DNA from: Chloroflexota bacterium
GTDB taxonomy: Bacteria; Chloroflexota; Anaerolineae; J102
Length of the DNA: 64,000 nucleotides
Assembly (NCBI GenBank): GCA_041918515.1
Contig: JAYRVO010000048.1
Coordinates: 13,234-77,233 of the forward strand
Direction: 5' to 3'
The notes below the pieces were generated by a model. The model saw only the letters and a program-made list of their open reading frames with translations. It made no database searches and was not told the DNA's origin. Every line of letters begins with the position of its first letter. Positions within the stretch are counted from its first letter, which is position 1. A program made the translations under genes and the position numbers. This document shows positions 48,219-56,875 of this stretch, one piece after another.

Positions 48219-48290
48219 ATTAGGGATTAGAGATTGGAGATTAGGCACTATCTCCAATCTCTAATCTCCAATCTCCAATCTCCAATCTCT
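48219..48290 (+). repeat. heptamer-array hairpin filling the whole purF-purD spacer
   Basis: GATTAGAGATTGGAGAT (48225-48241) and ATCTCCAATCTCTAATC (48250-48266) form a perfect 17-bp stem with an 8-nt loop. Three more CTCCAAT-type units follow and run up to the purD ATG at 48291. No Shine-Dalgarno sequence precedes purD. Confidence 0.85.
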
Positions 48291-49565
48291 ATGCTCCTCC
48301 TCCTCCTCGGCTCCGGCGGTCGCGAACACGCCCTGGCCTGGAAACTGGCGCAATCGCCAGAAGTCGAAACTATTTTCGTCGCCCCCGGCAATGGCGGCAC
48401 GGCGATCGAGCCTAAATGCCGAAACGTGGCGCTGAACCCCAGCGATGGGCCGGTCCTGGCTGCTTTCGCCCGACAAAATGGCGTGAATTTCGTCGTCGTC
48501 GGGCCGGAAGCGCCGTTGGCCGCGGGCGTGGTGGATGATTTAGCCACCGCCGGCATCCTCGCCTTTGGCCCCACCGCCGCCGCCGCCCGCCTCGAAGCCT
48601 CCAAAGCCTTTGCGCGCGACTTCATGGCCCGACACAACATCCCCGCCCCGCGCTATTGCACCTTCACCGACTGCGACGACGCCATCTGCTTTTTGCACAG
48701 CGTCGATTTCGAGGTCGTGATCAAGGCGTCGGGATTGGCGGCGGGCAAGGGCGTGATCGTGCCTGAAACCAGAGAGGAGGCCGAAGACGCCCTACGCGCC
48801 ATCCTCATCGACCGGCAATTCGGCAGCGCCGGTGACGAGGTGGTGATCGAAGAGCGGTTGGCCGGGCCGGAGGTATCGGTGCTGGCTTTTTGCGATGGCG
48901 AGCGTCTGGCCATCATGCCGCTGGCGCAGGATCATAAACGCGTCTTCGCTGGCGATCAGGGGCCGAACACGGGCGGGATGGGCGCGTACGCCCCGGCGCC
49001 GGTGCTCTCGCCCCTGCAATTGGCCGCGGTCGAGCGCGACGTGCTGCGCCCCACCCTCGTGGGCATGGCTGCCGAGGGCGCGCCTTATCGAGGCGTGCTC
49101 TATGCCGGGCTGATGCTCACACCGTCCGGACCGCGCGTGCTCGAATTCAACTGCCGCTTCGGCGACCCCGAGACACAAGTCATCCTGCCGCTGCTCGACG
49201 GCGACCTGTTGCCCATTCTGCGCGCGTGCAGCACCGGCCAACTCGATCCCGCCACCGTGCAGTGGCGATCCGAATCTGCCGCTTGCGTGATCGCGGCTGC
49301 CCCCGGCTATCCCGGCGATTACGCCAAAGGTCTGCCCATCTCCGGCCTCGACGCCGCCAGCGACCTACGGGGGGTGAAAGTTTTCCACGCCGGGACGCTC
49401 CGCGCTGCCGACGGACGCCTGCTCACCGACGGCGGTCGCGTGCTGGCCATCACCGCCCTTGCCCCCCAGCTGCCCGCCGCCCTCGCCCAAGCCTACCTCG
49501 CTCTCGACTGCATCCATTTTCCGGACATGCACTTTCGACGTGATATCGGTTCAAAAACAAAGTAG
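48291..49565 (+). CDS. purD: phosphoribosylamine--glycine ligase
   Basis: ORF 48234..49565 trimmed to ATG 48291; the upstream 19 codons are repeat-encoded. The sequence MLLLLLGSGGREHALAWKLAQSPEVETIFVAPGNGGTA has the canonical PurD N-terminus and ATP-grasp body. Confidence 0.9.
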   Translation: MLLLLLGSGGREHALAWKLAQSPEVETIFVAPGNGGTAIEPKCRNVALNPSDGPVLAAFARQNGVNFVVVGPEAPLAAGVVDDLATAGILAFGPTAAAARLEASKAFARDFMARHNIPAPRYCTFTDCDDAICFLHSVDFEVVIKASGLAAGKGVIVPETREEAEDALRAILIDRQFGSAGDEVVIEERLAGPEVSVLAFCDGERLAIMPLAQDHKRVFAGDQGPNTGGMGAYAPAPVLSPLQLAAVERDVLRPTLVGMAAEGAPYRGVLYAGLMLTPSGPRVLEFNCRFGDPETQVILPLLDGDLLPILRACSTGQLDPATVQWRSESAACVIAAAPGYPGDYAKGLPISGLDAASDLRGVKVFHAGTLRAADGRLLTDGGRVLAITALAPQLPAALAQAYLALDCIHFPDMHFRRDIGSKTK

Positions 49566-49650
49566 ACAAGTAAACAAAGTAGACAAGTAAGCAAGGGGCG
49601 TTTCTCCATTCCCACTTGTATACTTGTTTCCCTATTTCCTTGTGTACTTG
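49557..49650 (+). repeat. tandem 17-mer duplication plus inverted partner (ACAAGTA-type hairpin) in purD-bgl spacer
   Basis: ACAAAGTAGACAAGTAA occurs at 49557-49573 and, perfectly repeated, at 49574-49590, overlapping the purD TAG. The inverted partner is CACTTGTATACTTGTTT...CTTGTGTACTTGCC at 49613-49650. Confidence 0.7.
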
Positions 49651-49672
49651 CCACCCCTCAAGGACACTCAAA

Positions 49673-51034
49673 ATGACGACACGACACTTCCCCGCCGGCT
49701 TCCTGTGGGGAACGGCCACCTCCTCTTATCAAATCGAAGGCGCTTGGGCCGAAGACGGCAAGGCTGAATCGATCTGGGATCGCTTCAGCCACACGCCCGG
49801 CAAAATCCGCGACAACACCAACGGCGACATCGCCTGCGACCACTACCATCGCTGGCCCGAAGACATCCGCCTGATGAAGGACCTGGGCCTGCAGGCCTAC
49901 CGTTTCTCCATCGCCTGGCCGCGCATCCTGCCTGCCGGTCGCGGCAAAGTCAATCAGGCCGGGCTGGATTTCTACAATCGGCTGGTGGATGGACTGCTGG
50001 CGGCCGGGATCACGCCGTTCGTCACCCTCTACCACTGGGACTTGCCGCAAGCCTTGCAGGATGAGGGCGGCTGGCCGGTTCGTAGCACCGCCGAAGCCTT
50101 TGTCGAGTACGCGGACGTGGTCAGCCGCAGCCTGGGCGACCGCGTGCAGAATTGGATCACGCACAACGAACCGTGGTGCATCAGCTTCCTCAGTCACCAG
50201 ATCGGTGAGCACGCGCCCGGCCATCAGGATTGGTACGAGGCCCTGGCCGCGGCCCACCATACCCTGCTCTCGCATGGCTGGGCTGTGCCCGCCATCCGCC
50301 GCAATAGCCCCTTCGCCGAGGTGGGGATCACCCTCAACTTCAGTCATTGCGAAGCCGCCTGTTTTAGCGAACACGACCGCAAGCTGGCGCGTGAATTCGA
50401 CGGCTATTTCAATCGCTGGTTCCTCGACCCGCTCTATGGCCGCCGTTATCCTGCCGACAAGGTGGCGTTTTACCAGGAGACGAGCAAGGCGCTGCCCAAC
50501 GGCCTCGATTTCGTGCAGCCGGGCGACTACGAAGCCATCGCCGCCCGCACCGACTTCCTCGGCGTCAATTACTACACCCGCGAGGTCTTCCGCGACCACA
50601 GCGCGCCCGACAACCTGCCACAGACGGTCTTCGCGGCGCCGCACTCCGAGCGCACCGATATGGGGTGGGAGGTCTATGCCGATGGCCTCTATCACTTGCT
50701 CAACCGGCTGCACTTCGAATACCAAACGCCCAAGCTGTATGTGACCGAAAACGGGTGCAGCTACGCCGATGGGCCGGATGCGGCCGGCCGGGTGGCCGAC
50801 CAGCGTCGCATCGATTTCCTGGCCGCTCACTTCACCGCCGCCCAGCGGGCGATCCAGAACGGCGTCCCCCTGGAAGGCTACTTCGTCTGGTCGCTGATGG
50901 ATAATTTCGAATGGGCATGGGGCTACAAACAGCGTTTCGGCCTCGTCTGGGTCGATTTCGAGACCCAACAGCGCATCCCCAAAGACAGCGCCTTGTGGTA
51001 TCGGGATGTGATTGCGAGGAACGCCGTATCGTAG
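49673..51034 (+). CDS. GH1 family beta-glucosidase
   Basis: ORF 49616..51034 trimmed to ATG 49673. The sequence MTTRHFPAGFLWGTATSSYQIEGA matches the GH1 N-terminus. The acid/base motif ITHNEPW and the nucleophile motif YVTENG are both present. Confidence 0.9.
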   Translation: MTTRHFPAGFLWGTATSSYQIEGAWAEDGKAESIWDRFSHTPGKIRDNTNGDIACDHYHRWPEDIRLMKDLGLQAYRFSIAWPRILPAGRGKVNQAGLDFYNRLVDGLLAAGITPFVTLYHWDLPQALQDEGGWPVRSTAEAFVEYADVVSRSLGDRVQNWITHNEPWCISFLSHQIGEHAPGHQDWYEALAAAHHTLLSHGWAVPAIRRNSPFAEVGITLNFSHCEAACFSEHDRKLAREFDGYFNRWFLDPLYGRRYPADKVAFYQETSKALPNGLDFVQPGDYEAIAARTDFLGVNYYTREVFRDHSAPDNLPQTVFAAPHSERTDMGWEVYADGLYHLLNRLHFEYQTPKLYVTENGCSYADGPDAAGRVADQRRIDFLAAHFTAAQRAIQNGVPLEGYFVWSLMDNFEWAWGYKQRFGLVWVDFETQQRIPKDSALWYRDVIARNAVS

Positions 51035-51110
51035 CATTGACGCTTGACAATATGCCCACGCACAGCGAAACTTGAAGTGAATTAACCTGAAACCCTGCTC
51101 ACGGAGGAAC

Positions 51111-51347
51111 ATGATGGCTGTGGATATACTTGCCGAGATAACTGCTGTCCGGCAGGAGCTTACGCTCGTGGCGACCCGTGTGCATGCCCTGCAGAGCCGC
51201 CTGGATAACTTGGACTTACAAGCGACAACAGGAGGGAATGGGCGGGCGCGTCGTCTCGTCGATCTCGAAGGCATTTGGCAAGATGAGGATTTCAGCTGGG
51301 AAGAGATCAAAGCATCTGAGTACCATTTGCCCGTGGATTTGCTGTGA
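51111..51347 (+). CDS. small hypothetical protein (78 aa, coiled-coil-like)
   Basis: ORF with GGAGG about 6 nt upstream (acggaggaacATG). The protein is predicted helical (ITAVRQELTLVATRVHALQSRLDNLD). No family was recognised. Confidence 0.4.
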   Translation: MMAVDILAEITAVRQELTLVATRVHALQSRLDNLDLQATTGGNGRARRLVDLEGIWQDEDFSWEEIKASEYHLPVDLL

Positions 51348-51424
51348 AAAGTGCCGTTGACGGGCTTATCGCCCGCGACAAAGCCGTCAGAAATTCGGGT
51401 TTGGTCCCCGTCATCTGGTAGAAG

Positions 51425-52465
51425 ATGCAGGGCATGGCCATCCAATCGCTATCCTACCAATCCGCCGGCGTCGACATCGACGCCGGCGAACGCGCGGTCG
51501 AACTGATGAAAGCGGCCGTCCGTAGCACCTATGGCCCGGAAGTGCTGGCCGGGATCGGCGCTTTCGGCGGGTTGTACGACGCCGCGGCCCTGCGCGCAGC
51601 CGATGACACCATCCTGGTCGCCAGCACCGACGGCGTGGGCACCAAAACCAAGCTGGCGGCGCAATTGGGACGCTGGGAAAGCATCGGCCACGACATCGTC
51701 AATCATTGCGTCAACGACATCCTCGTGCAGGGAGCGCGCCCGCTCTTCTTCCTGGACTACATCGCCGCCTCGAAGCTCGATCCCGTGCAAGTGGCGACGG
51801 TGGTGGGTGGCATTGCTGCCGCCTGCCGGGCGGTGGGAGCAGCGCTGTTGGGCGGGGAAACGGCCGAGATGCCGGGGGTGTACGAGCCAGGCGCCTTCGA
51901 TCTGGTGGGAACCATCATCGGCGTTGTACGCCGGGCCGAGTTGATCGACGGCAGCCGCATTCGTCCTGGCGATGCCATCATCGGTCTGCCCTCGAACGGC
52001 CTGCACACCAACGGCTACTCACTCGCCCGCAAAGTCTTCGCCGACTGGGATTTGCTGGCGACCCCACCCGGCCTCGATGCGCCCCTGGGCGACGCCCTGC
52101 TGGCCCCGCACGTTTGCTATCTCGACCCCATCGCGCGGCTGCGTCAAGCCGGCATCGACGTGAAGGGTCTGGCGCACATCACCGGCGGCGGCATCGTGGG
52201 CAATCTGCCCCGCATCCTGCCCGACGGTCTGGGCGCCCGCATCGCTTGGGGCAGTTGGCCTGCGCCCGCCCTGTTCGGCCTCATCCGCCGGGCCGGGAAT
52301 ATCGACGGCGCCGAGATGTTCCGCGTGTTCAACATGGGTCTGGGTATGCTGGTCGTCGTCCCGGCAGAACAGACGGGGGCGGCGCTGGCCGTCGCCCAAC
52401 CCGCGTATGGCGTGGGCGAAATTGAATACCAAACACCAGGCCGCGAGCGCGTGTCGGTTTCCTGA
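51425..52465 (+). CDS. purM: phosphoribosylformylglycinamidine cyclo-ligase (AIR synthetase)
   Basis: LSYQSAGVDIDAGERAVELMK...GIGAFGGLYD...DGVGTKTKLA...NDILVQGARPLFFLDY are canonical PurM motifs. Confidence 0.9.
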   Translation: MQGMAIQSLSYQSAGVDIDAGERAVELMKAAVRSTYGPEVLAGIGAFGGLYDAAALRAADDTILVASTDGVGTKTKLAAQLGRWESIGHDIVNHCVNDILVQGARPLFFLDYIAASKLDPVQVATVVGGIAAACRAVGAALLGGETAEMPGVYEPGAFDLVGTIIGVVRRAELIDGSRIRPGDAIIGLPSNGLHTNGYSLARKVFADWDLLATPPGLDAPLGDALLAPHVCYLDPIARLRQAGIDVKGLAHITGGGIVGNLPRILPDGLGARIAWGSWPAPALFGLIRRAGNIDGAEMFRVFNMGLGMLVVVPAEQTGAALAVAQPAYGVGEIEYQTPGRERVSVS

Positions 52466-52568
52466 TTGGCCACCGAGGGCGTTATCTGATCACAACCGAC
52501 TCTGGCGTGGCGATGAGATCTGCAGCGCGCCCTTGCAGATGGTGTACGATAAGTTGCCTGTTCATCGT

Positions 52569-52598
52569 TTGACTTCAGCCTGTCCCACGTTTTATAGT
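52569..52598 (+). promoter_or_regulatory. sigma70-like promoter of the inserted two-gene cassette
   Basis: TTGACT (52569-52574), an 18-nt spacer, then TATAGT (52593-52598). AGGAAGG lies about 9 nt before the ATG at 52645. Confidence 0.4.
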
Positions 52599-52644
52599 CA
52601 GTCCCGAACACGCCAACGCGGCCACTCTGTGGCTCATCAGGAAG

Positions 52645-52983
52645 GTGCCAGCTATGATCACCGCTATCACAGATTCAGAACTTGCCGAAAGCGCCTTTCG
52701 CTCTCTGCCCCTTAGCGACAGGATCGAGGTGCTGACGCTTGGCGCCTCCTTTCACCGCCTGACCGTAGTAAGCCGGTTGGAGCATGCACGGGCGAAGATG
52801 CAAGACCTTGAAAACAAATACGGCATAACACTCGAACAGTTGGAAGCCATGGGATTGCCGGAGGATGCCGACTACGTCATGCACGAGGACTATGTGGAAT
52901 GGCGACATTGGCGGCGTTTCAAGGCGGAGGCTGAAGCGGCAATACAAGTGCTTTCTGTCTTTGCACCGGCTGTAAAAAATTAG
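52645..52983 (+). CDS. hypothetical protein, putative antitoxin-like partner (112 aa)
   Basis: ORF directly upstream (3-nt gap) of the HHKH-motif protein. It contains ...KYGITLEQLEAMGLPEDADYVMHEDYVEWRHW... Its GC content is lower than the flanking genes. Confidence 0.45.
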   Translation: MPAMITAITDSELAESAFRSLPLSDRIEVLTLGASFHRLTVVSRLEHARAKMQDLENKYGITLEQLEAMGLPEDADYVMHEDYVEWRHWRRFKAEAEAAIQVLSVFAPAVKN

Positions 52984-52986
52984 CTG

Positions 52987-53346
52987 ATGCACGAACGTAT
53001 TTTGGCGATTTATGCCGCCTACGGCGAGTCCATCGCTCGGCTTATACCGTTACAGGTCGAGACTGAATACCTCAAACTGGTGATCTATTTCGGCGATGGC
53101 AGCAACTTGCGCATTGCTGAGGAGTGGGCGGGGGGCGCTCTTGTTAGTTATAGCTACTATTGGCTTACTGCCGATAACAAGCTCAAGATCGGCTGGGACA
53201 ACGCTCCACACCACGCCCAACTGGCGAACTTTCCGCATCACAAACATGTGGGGCAGCTGGGAAACCGTGAACCCTCCAACGAACAGCGCCTCGAAGAGGT
53301 CATGGAGGTCATCTTACAGCAGATGAGGCTTCCCAATGAACTCTAG
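52987..53346 (+). CDS. DUF6516/TumE-like protein (putative toxin component; tentative)
   Basis: 119 aa. The segment ...SYSYYWLTADNKLKIGWDNAPHHAQLANFPHHKHVG matches my recollection of the WDN-x-PHH...PHHKH signature of DUF6516/TumE-like proteins. Confidence 0.45.
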   Translation: MHERILAIYAAYGESIARLIPLQVETEYLKLVIYFGDGSNLRIAEEWAGGALVSYSYYWLTADNKLKIGWDNAPHHAQLANFPHHKHVGQLGNREPSNEQRLEEVMEVILQQMRLPNEL

Positions 53347-53367
53347 GTTAGCTGCGCTGGCGTTTCT

Positions 53368-53985
53368 GTGACCCAATCCATCCGCCTCGCCGTCCTCATC
53401 TCTGGCAGCGGCAGCAACCTGCAAGCCATCCTCGATGCCTGCGCCAGCGGCTGGCTGCCGGCGCAGGTCGTAGCCGTGATCAGCAACAAGGCCGATGCTT
53501 TTGGGCTGGAGCGAGCGCGGCGCGCGGGCATCCCCGCCATCCACTTTCCCCCCGCCCCATTCCGCCACCTGCCCGACGCCCGTCAAGCCTACGATGCCGC
53601 GCTGGCCGAGCTGGTAGCCGGGTTCCAGCCCGATTGGGTCGTCCTGGCCGGCTGGATGCGGCTGCTGACTATGCCCTTCCTCTCCCGCTTCCCCGGCCGG
53701 GTGGTCAATCTACACCCCGCCCAACCTGGCGCCTTCCCCGGCGTGCACGCCATCGAACGCGCCTACGCAGCCTTCCAGCGGGGCGAAATCAGCGAAACGG
53801 GCGTCATGGTGCACCTGGTGCCCGACGAAGGCATGGACGATGGCCCCGTCCTGGCCTGGGAGCCTGTGCCCATCTTCGCGGCCGACGCGCTGGCCGATCT
53901 GGAAGCCCGCGTCCACGCCGTCGAGCATCGCCTCCTGCCGGAAACATTACGGCGGTTATCGATCAGTGAGCAAACGGGGATGTGA
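53368..53985 (+). CDS. purN: phosphoribosylglycinamide formyltransferase
   Basis: GTG start. The sequence contains [20 protein letters not shown]...VVNLHPA... Confidence 0.9.
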   Translation: MTQSIRLAVLISGSGSNLQAILDACASGWLPAQVVAVISNKADAFGLERARRAGIPAIHFPPAPFRHLPDARQAYDAALAELVAGFQPDWVVLAGWMRLLTMPFLSRFPGRVVNLHPAQPGAFPGVHAIERAYAAFQRGEISETGVMVHLVPDEGMDDGPVLAWEPVPIFAADALADLEARVHAVEHRLLPETLRRLSISEQTGM

Positions 53986-54226
53986 CAAGCTCCAGTGTTG
54001 TCAGATAAGCCAACGCATCCTCGCGCGATTGCCCACACATCTCCGGTGTTGGCTGCAAGTTGCTACATACGGCCGGCCGGTCTGGCCGGCCAAAGAGGTC
54101 GCAGCGCAAGTCATCGGTCAGGTGGATGCACCTTACCCCCGCCGGTTTTCCATCCGGCATGCCGGGGATGGGTGAGGAGATCGAGGGGGCGATGCAGCAG
54201 GCGCCGCAGCCGGGCCGACAGTCCAT
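53963..54226 (-). CDS. YkgJ-family cysteine-cluster protein
   Basis: ORF 53963..54373 trimmed to ATG 54226. The sequence [18 protein letters not shown]...[14 protein letters not shown]...CSNL contains the CxxCxxCC motif. It overlaps the purN 3' end convergently by 23 nt. Confidence 0.65.
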   Translation of the reverse strand: MDCRPGCGACCIAPSISSPIPGMPDGKPAGVRCIHLTDDLRCDLFGRPDRPAVCSNLQPTPEMCGQSREDALAYLTTLELVTSPFAH

Positions 54227-54501
54227 GGCCAGAGCATACAACGGCGAGGCAAGTGCGATCAAACTTGCCACAACGCCCCTCCGCCCTCTATACTGCCCCC
54301 AATCCACTTGCTGTTCCCCGCTTCTCAACTGGCGAAACCCGGCGCTCCCCCCTGCCGGGCGTGGACCAACCACGAGGGAGAGAAGCGGTCATCAGATGAC
54401 AACAGTCGCTCGCCTGGGCTGGGTAGTCGGACCTTCGTTCCGGCTACCCTTTTTTGTTGTGCTTTCGCTGACGAAGGACGAACGGCGAATGACACCCCTC
54501 A

Positions 54502-54548
54502 CAATAACCAATCCCCAATAACCAATGCTCTAATCTCCAATCTCCACC
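54502..54548 (+). repeat. one-armed array of six CAATNNC-type heptamers abutting the purH start
   Basis: CAATAAC CAATCCC CAATAAC CAATGCT (C)TAATCTC CAATCTC CACC is immediately followed by the ATG at 54549. No Shine-Dalgarno sequence is present. Confidence 0.75.
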
Positions 54549-56042
54549 ATGCGCGCCCTCCTCTCCCTCTCCGACAAAACCGGTCTCCTCGACTTCGCCC
54601 GCGGGCTGTACGGCCTGGGCGTCGAACTCGTCGCCAGCGGCGGCACGGCCAAGACACTGGCTGACGCCGGGCTGCCCGTCATCCCTGTTTCCGACCTCAC
54701 CGGCTACCCCGACCTGCTGGATGGCCGCGTGAAGACCCTGCACCCCGCCATCCACGGCCCCATCCTGGCCCGCCCCACCGTCGCGCACCTGGCCGAACTC
54801 CAGCGCCACGGCATGACGCCCATCGATCTCGTCGTCTGCAACCTCTATCCTTTCGAGCGCACCGTCGCCAACGCAGGTGTGAGCGAGGCGGAGGCGGTCG
54901 AGAACATCGACATCGGCGGGGTGACGCTGCTGCGGGCGGGGGCCAAGAACTTCGAGCGGGTCACGGTGGTGGTCGATCCCGCGGACTATGGCCCGGTGCT
55001 GGAGGCGCTGGCAGTCGGCGGCGTCTCGTTGGACGAACGTCGTCGCCTGGCCCTGAAAGCCTTCCGCCACACCGCCGCCTATGACGCCGCCATCAGCAAC
55101 TACCTGGCCGGCGATACAGCCACACCAGAGACGCTGAACCTGGTCGCCGAACGCGTCCAGACCCTGCGCTACGGCGAAAACCCCCACCAAAGCGCGGCTT
55201 TTTACCGCTGGCGGGGCCACGAACCCGCGTTCGAGCAGATCCAGGGCAAGGAATTGAGTTACAACAACCTGGGCGATCTGGACGGCGCCTGGGGTGCAGT
55301 CACCGAGTTCGAGACTCCCACCGTGGCTATCATCAAGCACGCCAACCCCTGCGGCCTGGCAACGGACGACGATCTGGTTGCGGCCTATGAGCGGGCCTTC
55401 GCCTGCGACCCCGTCAGCGCCTTTGGCTCCATCATCGCCGTGAACCGGCCGGTGGATCTGGCGTTGGTCGAGGCGATCGGCTCGCTCTTCGTCGAAGTTT
55501 TGGCCGCACCCGCTTTCACTGCCGAGGCTCTGGAACGCCTGAGCAAGAAGCAGAACCTGCGGGTGATGAAGCACACCGGGGCCTCGGCCTTTCCCCAGCG
55601 CCTGATCACAGTCGAGGGCGGGTTGCTGGCCCAAACCCCAGACGACCAACTGCTGGCCGAAACCCGCGTCGTCACGCAGCGCCAGCCCAGCCCGCAGGAG
55701 ATGACCGATCTGTTGTTTGCCTGGCGCGTGGCCAAGTGGGTGAAGTCCAACGCCATCGTCTTCGCCAAAGATCAGGTCACGGTGGGCGTGGGGGCCGGGC
55801 AGATGAGCCGCTTGGACGCGGTGAACTACGCCGGGATGAAGGCGGGCGAGCGGGCCGCAGGTGCGGTGATGTCCTCAGACGCCTTCTTCCCCTTCGCCGA
55901 CGGCATCGAAGCCGCGGCCAGGTTCGGAATCACGGCCGTGATCCAGCCCGGCGGCTCGGTGCGGGATGACGAGGTCATCGCCACCGCCGACCGGCTGGGG
56001 CTGGCGATGGTGTTCACCGGGATGCGGCATTTCCGGCATTAG
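54549..56042 (+). CDS. purH: bifunctional AICAR transformylase / IMP cyclohydrolase
   Basis: [20 protein letters not shown]...[13 protein letters not shown]...KHANPCG... 497 aa. Confidence 0.92.
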   Translation: MRALLSLSDKTGLLDFARGLYGLGVELVASGGTAKTLADAGLPVIPVSDLTGYPDLLDGRVKTLHPAIHGPILARPTVAHLAELQRHGMTPIDLVVCNLYPFERTVANAGVSEAEAVENIDIGGVTLLRAGAKNFERVTVVVDPADYGPVLEALAVGGVSLDERRRLALKAFRHTAAYDAAISNYLAGDTATPETLNLVAERVQTLRYGENPHQSAAFYRWRGHEPAFEQIQGKELSYNNLGDLDGAWGAVTEFETPTVAIIKHANPCGLATDDDLVAAYERAFACDPVSAFGSIIAVNRPVDLALVEAIGSLFVEVLAAPAFTAEALERLSKKQNLRVMKHTGASAFPQRLITVEGGLLAQTPDDQLLAETRVVTQRQPSPQEMTDLLFAWRVAKWVKSNAIVFAKDQVTVGVGAGQMSRLDAVNYAGMKAGERAAGAVMSSDAFFPFADGIEAAARFGITAVIQPGGSVRDDEVIATADRLGLAMVFTGMRHFRH

Positions 56043-56049
56043 CCTCTAG

Positions 56050-56116
56050 ATTGGCGGGGATTTGGAGATTGGGGAATGTTTCTTAACATTGTCCCCAAAT
56101 CTCCCAATCCCCGCCA
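56050..56116. repeat. imperfect hairpin of ATTGGNG/CCCCAAT-type units between convergent purH and NUDIX genes (bidirectional terminator-like)
   Basis: ATTGGCGGGGATTTGGAGATTGGGGAATGTT (56050-56080), loop tctt, AACATTGTCCCCAAATCTCCCAATCCCCGCCA (56085-56116). Confidence 0.7.
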
Positions 56117-56121
56117 CGAAT

Positions 56122-56685
56122 TCATGCCTCTGGTTGTTCCTGCTCTTCTGCCCACAAGAATCCCAACGCCGCCAAAATCACCCGCTCGCGGATGACGCCC
56201 GCCCGCACCTGCTCCTTCACCCAGCCCATTTCCTTCCACTCGTGATGCACCCATTCGGCTTCGTCGCGGTGCTCGATCCCATCCGGCCGCGCACCTTCGG
56301 CCAGAAAGATGTGCACCACCAGGTCTTCGAAGGCGGGATTGTCCCAAAACTCGCCCAGCAATCGCCAGGAATCGGCCACGTGCCCGGTCTCCTCGGCCAG
56401 TTCCCGCTGCGCCGCCTGCAACGGCGATTCGTCGGCGTCGATCAGTCCGCCCGGAAGCTGCCAGATGACCTGGTCGACCGGGTAGCGATACTCCTGCTGC
56501 ATCAGCGCCCTTCCCTGGGCATCGAAGGCCAATACAGCCGCGCCGTGTTGGGGGCGACGGAGCAGGGTATAGTCATAGCTGCGTCCGTCGGGCAGTTCGA
56601 CCTGGTCGATATCCACCCGCAGCCAACGGTTTTGGAAAGCGGTCTGGCTACTCAGGCGGCGCCAGGCTCTCACGGAATCGGTCAT
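56122..56685 (-). CDS. NUDIX hydrolase
   Basis: ORF 56122..56721; the start is probably ATG 56685. The Nudix box is GGLIDADESPLQAAQRELAEETG. Confidence 0.85.
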   Translation of the reverse strand: MTDSVRAWRRLSSQTAFQNRWLRVDIDQVELPDGRSYDYTLLRRPQHGAAVLAFDAQGRALMQQEYRYPVDQVIWQLPGGLIDADESPLQAAQRELAEETGHVADSWRLLGEFWDNPAFEDLVVHIFLAEGARPDGIEHRDEAEWVHHEWKEMGWVKEQVRAGVIRERVILAALGFLWAEEQEQPEA

Positions 56686-56875
56686 GGCGTAAAAGTCTAC
56701 AAGCAAAGTGAGGAAAAGCAAAGAGGCGCGGGACGCCGGACAGGGAATGGTTTGCGCTGTAGTGTCAATCTACTTACAATACAGCTACCGCTCCACTCTT
56801 AAGGCATGGGGCGAATGTTCCGATCACTCCTCTGCACGATGTTCAACTCGCGCGATAGCTTCAAGGAAGGGACTG

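Noticed and set aside
49658-51445. 595-aa minus ORF
   Set aside because: It is antisense to the GH1 beta-glucosidase, which has both catalytic NEP and TENG motifs, and to the following small ORF. It is a shadow ORF.
56708-56875. N-terminal 56 codons of the helicase ORF
   Set aside because: They overlap the divergent NUDIX gene start and promoter region and encode Cys/Ser-rich sequence. GTG 56876 has a good RBS. The true start remains to be verified.
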